A stretch of DNA of 64,000 nt from a bacterium (GTDB lineage: Bacteria; JAHJDO01). Where the stretch lies: NCBI GenBank assembly GCA_043824255.1, contig JBDRTG010000047.1, positions 224,001-288,000 of the forward strand, given 5' to 3'. Position 1 is the first letter of the stretch; each line of letters begins with the position of its first letter. The notes beneath the pieces are model-generated. The model saw nothing but the letters and a program-made list of their open reading frames with translations, was not told the origin of the DNA and ran no database searches. A program made the position numbers and the translations under genes. This document shows positions 30,290-39,566 of the stretch, in pieces.

Positions 30290-31689
30290 CGTTTTCTTCT
30301 CTTAAACTTCATCTTGAGCAGAGCCCAGGCAGCCAGACTATATTTCTTAAGATTCTTCCATGAATTAATCTTCTTTAGACTCTTCAGTATATAACTCGGC
30401 CGGAAATAGAGAGAGCGGTAGGCCTTTACCACCCATTCTCCGGCACCGGGGAAAAGAAAGGGAAGGCTATCGTTCCTTTTCCCCAGGGTAAAGTCTCTCC
30501 AGTAGTCACCTTCCACCAATCCTGCCTGAACGGAGAATGCGAAGAGAGAAGTCTGTGGCATAGGAGTGGCGGGGAAGAAGGTAGCGTAAGTGGGGGATAT
30601 CTTTCTGGCAAGGGCGATGGTTTCTTTGATCGTCTCTTCCGTTTCGCCAAGATAGCCAATGATGAAATAGGCCACAGTTTCTATCCCTATCTTATTACAG
30701 AGGGAAAAGGCAGTTTCTATTTGACTTAAGGTAGTCCTTTTATCGATTATATCTAAGATATTCTGATTTCCTGATTCCACACCGAACCTCAAAACCTGAC
30801 AGCCGGATTCCTTCATCAGCCGCAAAAGTTCTTCTGTTACCTGATCTACGCGTGCTGGAGATTGCCAGTTAATCTTAAGATTTCTCTTTAATATTTCCTG
30901 ACAAATTCTCTTGAGATGTTCCCTGCCAAGGGTAATGGATTCATTGACAAAATTAATCTCTTTTATCCCATACTTCTCATAAAAGTATTCAATTTCATCC
31001 ACCACCTTCAGAGGATCTCGCTTGCGAATAATCCTTGAGATTGGACTACGATAACAGAAGCCGCATTTATAAGGACAGCCCCGAATAGTAATGAGAGAAA
31101 CTAACTTATTGCCTGTGTTGACCATCTCGTATCTCTCCAAAGGCAAGAGATGATAAGCAGGAATAGGTAGTTGATCCAGGTCATCCACTATGGCTGGCTC
31201 ATTGACTATTATTCTCTCATTCTCTCGATAAATGAGTCCTTTTATGTCACTAACACCTCCCTTCTTTTCTATGGCAAGAAGGAGTTCATTTAGAACATAT
31301 TCTCCTTCACCTCCAATACCGTAATCGATAAATTCGTAAGAAAGAGTCTCCTTGGGAAAAATCATCATATGCGGCCCACCAATTACGGTTATTGCTTTAC
31401 ACTCCTTGGCAATTCTCGCTGATTCTAATGCTCCCCGAATATTGGTTGTCATGGCGCTTATTCCAACTACCTGGGGGCTTTCTTTTAAAATCTCCTTCCT
31501 TATCTCCTGGGGGCCTAATCCTAGTGCCTGGCAGTCCATGATGGCCACCTTGTGACTTTCTCTCTCTAGAGAAGCGGCAAGATATGCCAGCCCTAAAGGA
31601 GGCACCAGACCAATGGCTCCCTCAAAGCTCTCTGCCGATTGACTGCTAAGATATTCTACAACCCGCGGACGAATCAATAATACCTTCAA
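30286..31689 (-). CDS. Cobalamin-binding radical SAM protein
   Basis: PPLGLAYLA, GGPH, GEGE, RGCPYKCGFC, FGVESG. Confidence 0.93.
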   Translation of the reverse strand: MKVLLIRPRVVEYLSSQSAESFEGAIGLVPPLGLAYLAASLERESHKVAIMDCQALGLGPQEIRKEILKESPQVVGISAMTTNIRGALESARIAKECKAITVIGGPHMMIFPKETLSYEFIDYGIGGEGEYVLNELLLAIEKKGGVSDIKGLIYRENERIIVNEPAIVDDLDQLPIPAYHLLPLERYEMVNTGNKLVSLITIRGCPYKCGFCYRSPISRIIRKRDPLKVVDEIEYFYEKYGIKEINFVNESITLGREHLKRICQEILKRNLKINWQSPARVDQVTEELLRLMKESGCQVLRFGVESGNQNILDIIDKRTTLSQIETAFSLCNKIGIETVAYFIIGYLGETEETIKETIALARKISPTYATFFPATPMPQTSLFAFSVQAGLVEGDYWRDFTLGKRNDSLPFLFPGAGEWVVKAYRSLYFRPSYILKSLKKINSWKNLKKYSLAAWALLKMKFKRRKR

Positions 31690-31890
31690 TCCAGAACCTC
31701 CTTAAATACCCATCCCTGACGATGGTCAGGATACGTTATTCCTAAAAGATAACTTATTGATTGTACTTCTTTATTCCTTCCCCTGCAATAAATAAAAGGA
31801 AAGAATTTCTCTGCCTGAAAGAGGAGATAGGCATGACCCATGAAGTTCACTTCGCTCAGGCCGGTACGGTAGATACTGCGGAGAGGTGGA
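31686..31890 (-). pseudogene. Eroded 3' remnant of an alkaline-phosphatase-superfamily gene (paralogue of 33477..34877)
   Basis: Four collinear blocks (SIYRT / LSEVNFMGHAY / LLFQAEKFFPFI / ISYLLGITYPD..G.VF) align at DNA level to about 33477-33940 with three internal deletions. Confidence 0.9.
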
Positions 31891-31900
31891 ATTGCAAGGC

Positions 31901-33430
31901 TTAATGTCGACAAAATCCTCTGTATTGTTCTGGAATAAAACCTACTGCAACGGATTGATTTTTAAAATATTCAAAAACTAATCTGTGATTTTCTCCTCCA
32001 GAGGGAACGACCCCACTTTTACATCCTGCCTTCACAAGAACCTCTGGTGCATCCACAAATGGGAAGAATGCGTCAGCAGCGAAACTAGCATTTTTGATAT
32101 CCCGGCTGTAGGTTTTAGACCATTCGACTGCATGTTGGGCCGCCATTACCGTTGATGGACCACCACCTACTCCTATCAACCTAAAATCTTTGGCTAAGGC
32201 AATTTCATTCCCACCATAAAAAGAAGTATATGCTACTACCCAAGCAATCAGGATAGATTCTAAACCAAAAAGGTCATATGTTTTTGATATAAGACTATCA
32301 AAACTTAGGATATAAGAGCTGGCTGGCTGGCGAAGAAAGCCGCCGCGCACAAATCTATATGACCATTTATCCAACAATAGATCTGATGAGCTAAGTGCAG
32401 GATTTATCAATAATTTAGTCCGTTTTCTCTTACCTAAAATTGAAATGGCTTCAGGAGAAAATGAAGGTGCTATTATGACATCCAGCATCCATTTTGAGTG
32501 ACCATAGCCTTGTTGCCGTTTTTCGCTTTTAAGTAAAAGTTGTGACAATTCTTTATCAATAGTAAAATTACATATAAATTCGCCACCCCAAACAGCCTGA
32601 GGATTACCCCATAAAGCCTTTGTGATAACTTCGTCTTTGTGGTTCCAATCTACAGCTAATCCACAGGGATTGCCATGTTTCGCAGCAACAGCAATGTATG
32701 GCGTTTTTTTAAAGTTCAATGTAAACGCCGCTTTCAATTTAACGAGAGTGGTCACGACATTATCCATATCTGCAGTGTTAGTAAAACACAGGGGCTCGCC
32801 TGAAATCTGGGTAAAACGAAAAAGAGCAAATTTATCATGGCTATCAATTGCAAATAATTCGCAGGGAACCTGATATGGATTTTCTCCTTCACGACAGGTT
32901 GTAGTATAGCTTCCCAAGATGCATTCATGCCGATTTGAATAGCCCTGGGAAAGTGCAAGATAATGGCTGGCGATCTCAAAGGCGGCTTTAGCGCTCAGCT
33001 CACTACGAACCTCATCGGGAAGCCTTTTTTTTGATTCCAATAAATCTATTATTCTTTTAAAATCTTTTTCATTCATTATTACAATTCGATCACCCTTTAT
33101 CCCTAATCCTAATAAAGTCCTACCACCTACATCATTCCCCAAGTTAAGAGGATAAGGCACGTCGTATACCAGGTCAATTCTCTCTATAGTATTAGTTGTT
33201 AGCGCCTGCTCAATTTTAGGATGCAGGGTAGGTGGAATTCCATATTCATAACCGACGTTAGTGAATTCACTCACATCCTCAATTGGGATGCCTTCTTGTT
33301 TCATCACCATAACTGTTTCTCTCGTTCCGAGCAACTTCCATCCTAAATTATACAGCTTACGACAGTGGGAAATAATTTTTTCGGGACTATTTGTGGATAA
33401 TAAAGCAACTTTGCGCATAACCTCCCTCAT
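31901..33430 (-). CDS. Diverged PurH-like protein (MGS/IMP-cyclohydrolase-like domain plus AICAR-transformylase-like domain)
   Basis: TLHPKI, DVGG, GENPYQ, KHGNPCG, DVIIAP, DAFFPF, terminal RGFCRH; several canonical PurH motifs are altered. Confidence 0.85.
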   Translation of the reverse strand: MREVMRKVALLSTNSPEKIISHCRKLYNLGWKLLGTRETVMVMKQEGIPIEDVSEFTNVGYEYGIPPTLHPKIEQALTTNTIERIDLVYDVPYPLNLGNDVGGRTLLGLGIKGDRIVIMNEKDFKRIIDLLESKKRLPDEVRSELSAKAAFEIASHYLALSQGYSNRHECILGSYTTTCREGENPYQVPCELFAIDSHDKFALFRFTQISGEPLCFTNTADMDNVVTTLVKLKAAFTLNFKKTPYIAVAAKHGNPCGLAVDWNHKDEVITKALWGNPQAVWGGEFICNFTIDKELSQLLLKSEKRQQGYGHSKWMLDVIIAPSFSPEAISILGKRKRTKLLINPALSSSDLLLDKWSYRFVRGGFLRQPASSYILSFDSLISKTYDLFGLESILIAWVVAYTSFYGGNEIALAKDFRLIGVGGGPSTVMAAQHAVEWSKTYSRDIKNASFAADAFFPFVDAPEVLVKAGCKSGVVPSGGENHRLVFEYFKNQSVAVGFIPEQYRGFCRH

Positions 33431-33476
33431 TCCGTCTATACTTCAGCAATCTCTGACATCTTCTGTCAAAAAGGTA

Positions 33477-34877
33477 CTATTGGACTATCGCTTCCATAAA
33501 TACCCTTCCCTTACAACTATCAGGATACTTTATTCCTAAGAGATAACTTATGGTTGGTGCAATATCCATAATGGAAGCCTCAAAGTCCAGAGGATTATAC
33601 TTCTTTATTCCTTCCCCTGTAATAATAAAAGGAACGAATTTCTCTGCCTGAAAGATGAGATAGGAATGGTCTATTCTCACAATTCCATGGTCGGAACAGA
33701 TGATGACTACGGTATCCTTGAGTAAATTATTATTATTCAGCCAGCCAAAAAAAGCTTCAATCCGTCTATCTGCTTTCTTAAGAGCTTCCAGATACTGATG
33801 GGATTCGCTTCCATAAGCATGCCCAAGAAAGTCCACCTCACTCAGGTCCGCAATGAAGAGCCGAGTCTCATTTTCACTTAATAAATCCGCTTTTAACCAG
33901 TCAAACATAACCTCATCTGTGCGGTAAATACTGTGGACAGGAAGTGAGACGACTTTAGTCTGCCAGTGGGTCTTAGAAAAATGCCTGACATGCATGGAGC
34001 CATAGAGAATAGTCTTTACCAGATCTGGAAGCCCTTCTACTCTGATGCGTCGGCCAAGGTTGTTATCCATTACCCCATGAATATCAGGAGTAGTTCCTGT
34101 CAAGATGCTTGCAAAGGCAGGATTGGTTAGTGCCCGATAAACGGTCTGTAACCCTTTAGAAAAATAACTTGATTCTTTCTCTAAAGAAGTTAGAAATGGC
34201 AGCTTTGCTTCATAGAATCTGTCCAGTCGGCAACCATCGATGTTTAGAAGAATGACTCTTTCTGTTCGCCCTTTCTCTATCACTGGCTTGAAATCTTGAG
34301 AGACAAAACTTTTGGGTCTTAACTTACGGGTAATGAAGGCAGCACCCAGTAGGCTCACCCAGAGGCCCAATCCCCAGGGATTAACGAATGGATTCGGCCT
34401 AAAATACAGAACAAAAGACAACAGTGTGGAAAAGTAAACCGACATCAGAAAACTCACTGTAGTAGGAGCTATAGTAAAGAGAGATTTGTAGATCTTTCTT
34501 ACTGGAATAGTAACATCACGGGCAATGATAGCATCCGGAATTCCCATAAAGAGAATCTGAATTAGAGCGAAGATTGCTATATTAATCCCTAGAATCTTGA
34601 GAGCTATTAAAGAATGAAAACTGGCTAATTTGCAAAAGAAGAAGAGATATAAGGGAGTAAAGAAAAGATATACAGGATAGAAATCTGAGATTTTGAAGCA
34701 GAGATAGGCTGCTCCTAAAAGCACTATAAAAAACATAAAATTAATTTTACCCTGAGATAAAAATAAGAAGCTCAAGATTCCAGCTACGAGGTAATAGGTA
34801 TCAATAGTATTCATAAAGTAGAGGAGACGGGTAGCAAAGCTTTCTATTCTTTCGTTGTAGAGTTTTCTAATAATCAT
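33477..34877 (-). CDS. Membrane-anchored alkaline phosphatase superfamily enzyme (nucleotide pyrophosphatase/phosphodiesterase-like)
   Basis: N-terminal TM helices, then LLNIDG, ALTNPAFASILTG (Thr nucleophile position), DFLGHAYG, SDHG, DIAPT. Confidence 0.88.
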   Translation of the reverse strand: MIIRKLYNERIESFATRLLYFMNTIDTYYLVAGILSFLFLSQGKINFMFFIVLLGAAYLCFKISDFYPVYLFFTPLYLFFFCKLASFHSLIALKILGINIAIFALIQILFMGIPDAIIARDVTIPVRKIYKSLFTIAPTTVSFLMSVYFSTLLSFVLYFRPNPFVNPWGLGLWVSLLGAAFITRKLRPKSFVSQDFKPVIEKGRTERVILLNIDGCRLDRFYEAKLPFLTSLEKESSYFSKGLQTVYRALTNPAFASILTGTTPDIHGVMDNNLGRRIRVEGLPDLVKTILYGSMHVRHFSKTHWQTKVVSLPVHSIYRTDEVMFDWLKADLLSENETRLFIADLSEVDFLGHAYGSESHQYLEALKKADRRIEAFFGWLNNNNLLKDTVVIICSDHGIVRIDHSYLIFQAEKFVPFIITGEGIKKYNPLDFEASIMDIAPTISYLLGIKYPDSCKGRVFMEAIVQ

Positions 34878-35695
34878 CTGTCTTCTTCTGGAGGAGTATT
34901 TTTTGACTCAATTATTTTTCTAAAGAATAGCGGATTAAGATTTGCAATCTTGATAGCAAGTAATTCTATAAACGAGGCAATAAATAATCTCTCTTTAGGA
35001 TGAATCATTAATGACAAGACTTTTTCTGCTACCTCATAAGGACTTAATATGCCCTTTTTTTTCTGAAAACCTTTATAATTTTTCGAGAATTCAGTATCAA
35101 TTGCTCCAGAAAAAATCGAAGAAATCCTAACATCCGTCTTTTCCAACTCATAAGCAAGACTTGTTGAATACGCTAACAAAGCAGCTTTGCTAGCACAATA
35201 AGAAGCTAAATAAGGACTGGCGTAGAGGCCTGAAATTGAATTGATGTTGATTATGTGTCCTCTTTTTTTACTAATCATATCTGGCAGAAACGAGCGAATG
35301 AGTATTACTGGTGCCGTATAGTTGACTGCAATCATATCAATCTCGGTATCAAGAGATATTCCATTCCAAAAGCTTCGAAATCCAAAACCGGCATTATTGA
35401 TTAGAAAATCGGGGGTGCCAAATTTTCCCTTGAACTCCTTTACCGCATTCTCCATTTCTTCCATTTTTCTTAAATCTACAGGCAGTACCAATACTTCGCT
35501 TCCTTTTGTCTCTGCATCTTCTGCTACTTGCTTGAGAAGATTCTCTGAGCGTGCCATCAAGCCCAATTTCATATTGTAAAGGCTCAAGCTCTCGGCTATA
35601 GCCTTACCTACCCCCTTAGAAGCCCCAGTTATAAGCACAGACTTACGTCTAAATTTATCCATCATGTCTGCTTTCATTATCTTTCTTTTCTCCAT
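34874..35695 (-). CDS. Classical short-chain dehydrogenase/reductase
   Basis: TGASKGVG, NNAG, YCASK. Confidence 0.93.
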   Translation of the reverse strand: MEKRKIMKADMMDKFRRKSVLITGASKGVGKAIAESLSLYNMKLGLMARSENLLKQVAEDAETKGSEVLVLPVDLRKMEEMENAVKEFKGKFGTPDFLINNAGFGFRSFWNGISLDTEIDMIAVNYTAPVILIRSFLPDMISKKRGHIININSISGLYASPYLASYCASKAALLAYSTSLAYELEKTDVRISSIFSGAIDTEFSKNYKGFQKKKGILSPYEVAEKVLSLMIHPKERLFIASFIELLAIKIANLNPLFFRKIIESKNTPPEEDR

Positions 35696-35728
35696 GATAA
35701 AATTAATATTATACCTCGTAAAGCAAGC

Positions 35729-36247
35729 TTATTTCTCTTTGAGAAGCTCAAAAATAGTATCAGTTGATTTTGGGCATTGAACCTGCATAACGACATCCTC
35801 ATCTTCTATTAAACCTAATGAAAATAAATGAGGAAAAAGAAAATTATAAGCTCTAAAGCATAAATTTTTTAAGGGAGCTAAATCAAACTCGACCTTCATT
35901 CCCTCTTTGCAACCCCAAACACATTCCCCTTTCACTTTTCTTATTGAGCCGTATACCTCAATATTATTTCCGGTTCTTCGCCTTCTAATCTCTATCTCAA
36001 CCGCTCCTTTTATATACGGACACTGGACTATAACGGAATCAGGGTCTTTCACCCATGGGAAACTTCCCCCCGCATGGAAGGTTTCATAATAAGGAAAACA
36101 TAAATGCAAGAGGAATGGACAAATACCATGTGACAAAATTGGAGCTAATGATATCTCGTTCACACCCTTAAAAGCATTACAATCATAGCTAGTAGAAATA
36201 ATCTTTAGCTTAATATCAGTCAATCTTTTAAGATCTTGACAGAACAT
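35729..36247 (-). CDS. Protein with two tandem TIGR04076-like Cys-containing domains
   Basis: Repeat 1: DC...GICPFLLHLCFPY...FPW...VQCP; repeat 2: VKGECVWGCKEG...LCFRAYNFLFP...VQCP. Confidence 0.7.
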   Translation of the reverse strand: MFCQDLKRLTDIKLKIISTSYDCNAFKGVNEISLAPILSHGICPFLLHLCFPYYETFHAGGSFPWVKDPDSVIVQCPYIKGAVEIEIRRRRTGNNIEVYGSIRKVKGECVWGCKEGMKVEFDLAPLKNLCFRAYNFLFPHLFSLGLIEDEDVVMQVQCPKSTDTIFELLKEK

Positions 36248-36249
36248 AT

Positions 36250-37287
36250 CTATCTCTTTAAGTAGTAACGAGCCGATTCAAGTATATTAGATATTGACAA
36301 AGAGAGAACTAAATTAATTTCTATCTCTCCAATATATCCGCAACTGTAACAAGGTTTATTAATAAGATTATTCCAAGCTTCACGAATACCCACTTTTAAA
36401 AAATTTTTGCCGGGAAAATCCGACCATAAAATTGCGCATGGATACACCATTCCATCAGCATCTATATAGCATGTTAGATCATTCCGTATACAGGGCAATA
36501 TTTTTTCAGATTGGTTCTTACAAGACGAATCAACCCATGAGTAATAATTATACGGCCATTTCATCATAAAATCTAAGCTTGTCATAGTATATCCAATAGG
36601 AAATCCTTTTTGTTTGTAGAGTTTGACGGTTTTCATTAAATCCCTTGCTTCTTGAGAATTAAGCGTTAGGTCTTCGCTCTCAGTATGAATACTTGGCAGT
36701 GTAAAAGTCAAAACCACACCATAATCCTTTGCAAAATTACAAAGATAGTCAAAAGAATCAAGGTTTCTTTTAGTTATTACAGCCTTTATTCTCGTTTTAA
36801 TTCCCAGAGAAGTAGTACGGGCAATTGCTGCAACTGCTTTTTTATATGAACCTTCCCCTCTATTTCTGTCGTTTGTAGTTTCGTCGCCGTCTATACTGAT
36901 ACAAACAGAATCCATTTTTTTTACAATATCAATCTTTCTATCTACAAAATAACCATTGGTAACTAGTTCACAAATCATTCCGTATTTTTTAACACGATCA
37001 ACAATCCTGTCTATCCCTTTATATAAAAGAGGTTCTCCTCCTAAAAGGGTGACAATTCCCGTCCCCATTTTATGCAGCTCATCAATTACTTTTAACCAAG
37101 TTTCTGTATCAATATCCTCAATTTTACGGGAAAAGACTTGCGGGTAGCAATAAAAACACTTAAGATTGCAACGGTTTGTCAGCAGTAAATGTACTATCAA
37201 AGGAAAACGATTCTTTAATAATTTATATTTTAAAAGCTTGCTTCCTATCCTAATACTCTGAGATACTTTTCTCATTTTCCCTGCCAT
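36250..37287 (-). CDS. Radical SAM/SPASM(twitch) protein
   Basis: CNLKCFYC, GGEP, ISIDG; C-terminal PC...DGMVYPC...CYSC. Confidence 0.92.
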   Translation of the reverse strand: MAGKMRKVSQSIRIGSKLLKYKLLKNRFPLIVHLLLTNRCNLKCFYCYPQVFSRKIEDIDTETWLKVIDELHKMGTGIVTLLGGEPLLYKGIDRIVDRVKKYGMICELVTNGYFVDRKIDIVKKMDSVCISIDGDETTNDRNRGEGSYKKAVAAIARTTSLGIKTRIKAVITKRNLDSFDYLCNFAKDYGVVLTFTLPSIHTESEDLTLNSQEARDLMKTVKLYKQKGFPIGYTMTSLDFMMKWPYNYYSWVDSSCKNQSEKILPCIRNDLTCYIDADGMVYPCAILWSDFPGKNFLKVGIREAWNNLINKPCYSCGYIGEIEINLVLSLSISNILESARYYLKR

Positions 37288-37300
37288 TGCAATACTCTTT

Positions 37301-37942
37301 TTATTTTGATGGGATAGAATACTTAATACTAACCAAATGGCTTGGACATTGTAAACAGACAGAATTATTCTGTCCAGTCACTTCTTTCTTAAACTGCTCT
37401 TGAAGACTTAAGGAACAAATCATAGGATATAACGACTCAAAAGATGCTGGACAAATTTCCGACTTATTACCGAGATTAAATTCAAATATGTCACCTTCTT
37501 TGTGCCCCATAGGACAAACATCTTTAACGCCAGTTACTTTAATAAAAATACGTTTTATTTGATAATCACAAGGGATGCCCATGCACCTTAAATAGTATTT
37601 TAATCCATTTAGTAGACGCTGCAAAATATTTGAATGCTTTTTCCCAATAATTTCAAACTCTATGGAACCATTCGTATTTGGACAAAAAATTGGCGTTTCT
37701 ATATTATTTTTCTTCCCTGTATACAGAAGCTTCAGGCATGAGGCATACACCGAATGAAATGCATGTATGCAGAGTCCTTCAGGCGTAAGTTGACTGAAAT
37801 TAAAAATTTCCGTATCTTTCATATGGTATCTGCATCCTTGTTTTGACCTTGTTGCCATTATCTTAGCACCCTGAGCTAAAGCAGTTCTACATAACAATGT
37901 TCTTTTACGCTTCGAAATATAATCAATATTATTAATAGGCAT
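37301..37942 (-). CDS. Protein with two tandem TIGR04076-like Cys-containing domains
   Basis: GCRYH...TPEGLCIHAFHSVY...FCP and IKVTGVKDVCPMGHKEGDIFEF...ICPASFESLYP...QCP. Confidence 0.78.
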   Translation of the reverse strand: MPINNIDYISKRKRTLLCRTALAQGAKIMATRSKQGCRYHMKDTEIFNFSQLTPEGLCIHAFHSVYASCLKLLYTGKKNNIETPIFCPNTNGSIEFEIIGKKHSNILQRLLNGLKYYLRCMGIPCDYQIKRIFIKVTGVKDVCPMGHKEGDIFEFNLGNKSEICPASFESLYPMICSLSLQEQFKKEVTGQNNSVCLQCPSHLVSIKYSIPSK

Positions 37943-37947
37943 TCTTT

Positions 37948-38046
37948 TTATAAATCCTTTTGTGCTTTAAAGAAAGCAAGAACAGCTTTACTTATTTTTG
38001 TTACATCATCTATAGATTTAATAGCGCACAACTGTCTTTTAATCAT
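37948..38046 (-). pseudogene. Collapsed remnant resembling a B12-radical SAM C-terminal helix (32 aa)
   Basis: MIKRQLCAIKSIDDVTKISKAVLAFFKAQKDL*; compare TITSIRDFDDIIFILRAVKSVL at the end of 56744..58222. Confidence 0.5.
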
Positions 38047-38048
38047 GT

Positions 38049-39566
38049 TTAATCTGAAATTGTCTCTACCTTTCCAGTAAGATGTTTGAACAACTGTTTA
38101 ACATACCATCCCATAATCCATTTTGCATAATAGTCTTTTCGCACAAAAGAAACAAACACATCGATAACGATGATAGCAAATATTTGAAATGGGATATATC
38201 TGAATATGCGATATATTCCAGAGTTTATCAGAAAATTCATAATTCTCTGAGAAACAATAGGCAGCATGCGAAACATGATATGATATGTCTTGAGTATTCT
38301 CATTCTCTGCGACTCCATTGGTGAGCCTGTTGATAAATAGTTATTCTGAAGCCCCTGAATAATTTTTATCTCATTTCTCTTGTTTATATATCCTTTTGAC
38401 ATTGCCATCATTGTAATATCAACACTTGGTAAGTACTGAAGCCAGAATACGGACGAACGTATGAGTCTGCGATATTTTGCAAGAGTTTTAAGAGCTAAAA
38501 TCAAGTCGTCCTCCGACTCTCCCGGAAGACCCAACATCAGATCTGCGGAAAAATTAACACCTGCTTTTTCAATATTATCAAGTGCTCTGATAATCTGCTT
38601 GTTAGTCTCGTTGCGAAGCAGTACTTTCCTTCTTACTTCAGGATTTAATGATTCAACTCCTATCTGAATATGATGACAGCCTGCCTTTTTTAATTTGATT
38701 GCCAGGTCTTTTTGAAACAACAAAGGATGTCCCATTATTCTGAAAGGCAACTGAATCTCTTCAGGATAACGCGCAAGAAACTCATCAAACCATTTACTAT
38801 TACCTGAAAGTATATTATTTTTTATATCAACATAACGAATACTATAACGTTTTTTCATTGTCTTTAATTCGTCTAATACCATATCAACAGGCTTTTCTCT
38901 GAGAAAATGTCCTAATCCTTCTTCTTTTTCCCATTTCCAGAGAAAATTCTGCGTACAATAGCTGCAGTGGGCAATACACCCCTTAGAGGTAACGGTAAGG
39001 TAATAGTCCTTCATTGGGATAAACTTTTCATATATGGTTTTGTCTACAGCCGGAAAAGCTTTGGGATTCATTAATAATCTAGGCTTGTTACGAATTACCT
39101 TGCCGTTTTTCTTCATCCACAAATTGGAAATTCTTTCTGGCGATTCCTTCTTTTCAAGCGCTTTGAGCAATTCCATAAAAGGGTTTTCCCCCTCCCCTAC
39201 AATCATATAATCCACCTCGTCTCTACTGATAACTTCTTCCGAGCAGGAAGTAGGATGCATTCCACCCCATACAGTAATACACATGTGGTATTTACGTACT
39301 TCACGTACCACTTCAAGACTCCATTGGTAATTATCGGCAAATACAGACATAGCAAGAATATCAGGTTTCTCCTCGATTATTTCTTTTATCATCCTCTTTT
39401 TTTCAGTGAACATACGGCTGAGAAAAGGAACGGAAAAATATTGCTTATCATCAAATAGTGAACGATCAAAAGCTACCTTAACTATATGTCCAGCTTCTTT
39501 AAGAACTGTCGACAGATAGCAGACTGATATATTCTCAGCGCCCACAACTGGAAAAATTATTTTCAT
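38049..39566 (-). CDS. Cobalamin-binding radical SAM protein (ENIS subfamily)
   Basis: GAENIS, GGMHPT, GEGE, SKGCIAHCSYC, IGVES. Confidence 0.9.
   Translation of the reverse strand: MKIIFPVVGAENISVCYLSTVLKEAGHIVKVAFDRSLFDDKQYFSVPFLSRMFTEKKRMIKEIIEEKPDILAMSVFADNYQWSLEVVREVRKYHMCITVWGGMHPTSCSEEVISRDEVDYMIVGEGENPFMELLKALEKKESPERISNLWMKKNGKVIRNKPRLLMNPKAFPAVDKTIYEKFIPMKDYYLTVTSKGCIAHCSYCTQNFLWKWEKEEGLGHFLREKPVDMVLDELKTMKKRYSIRYVDIKNNILSGNSKWFDEFLARYPEEIQLPFRIMGHPLLFQKDLAIKLKKAGCHHIQIGVESLNPEVRRKVLLRNETNKQIIRALDNIEKAGVNFSADLMLGLPGESEDDLILALKTLAKYRRLIRSSVFWLQYLPSVDITMMAMSKGYINKRNEIKIIQGLQNNYLSTGSPMESQRMRILKTYHIMFRMLPIVSQRIMNFLINSGIYRIFRYIPFQIFAIIVIDVFVSFVRKDYYAKWIMGWYVKQLFKHLTGKVETISD

Noticed and set aside
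31901..33430. Assigning the gene symbol purH
   Set aside because: The fold assignment is clear, but key motifs and genomic context differ, so orthology is not established
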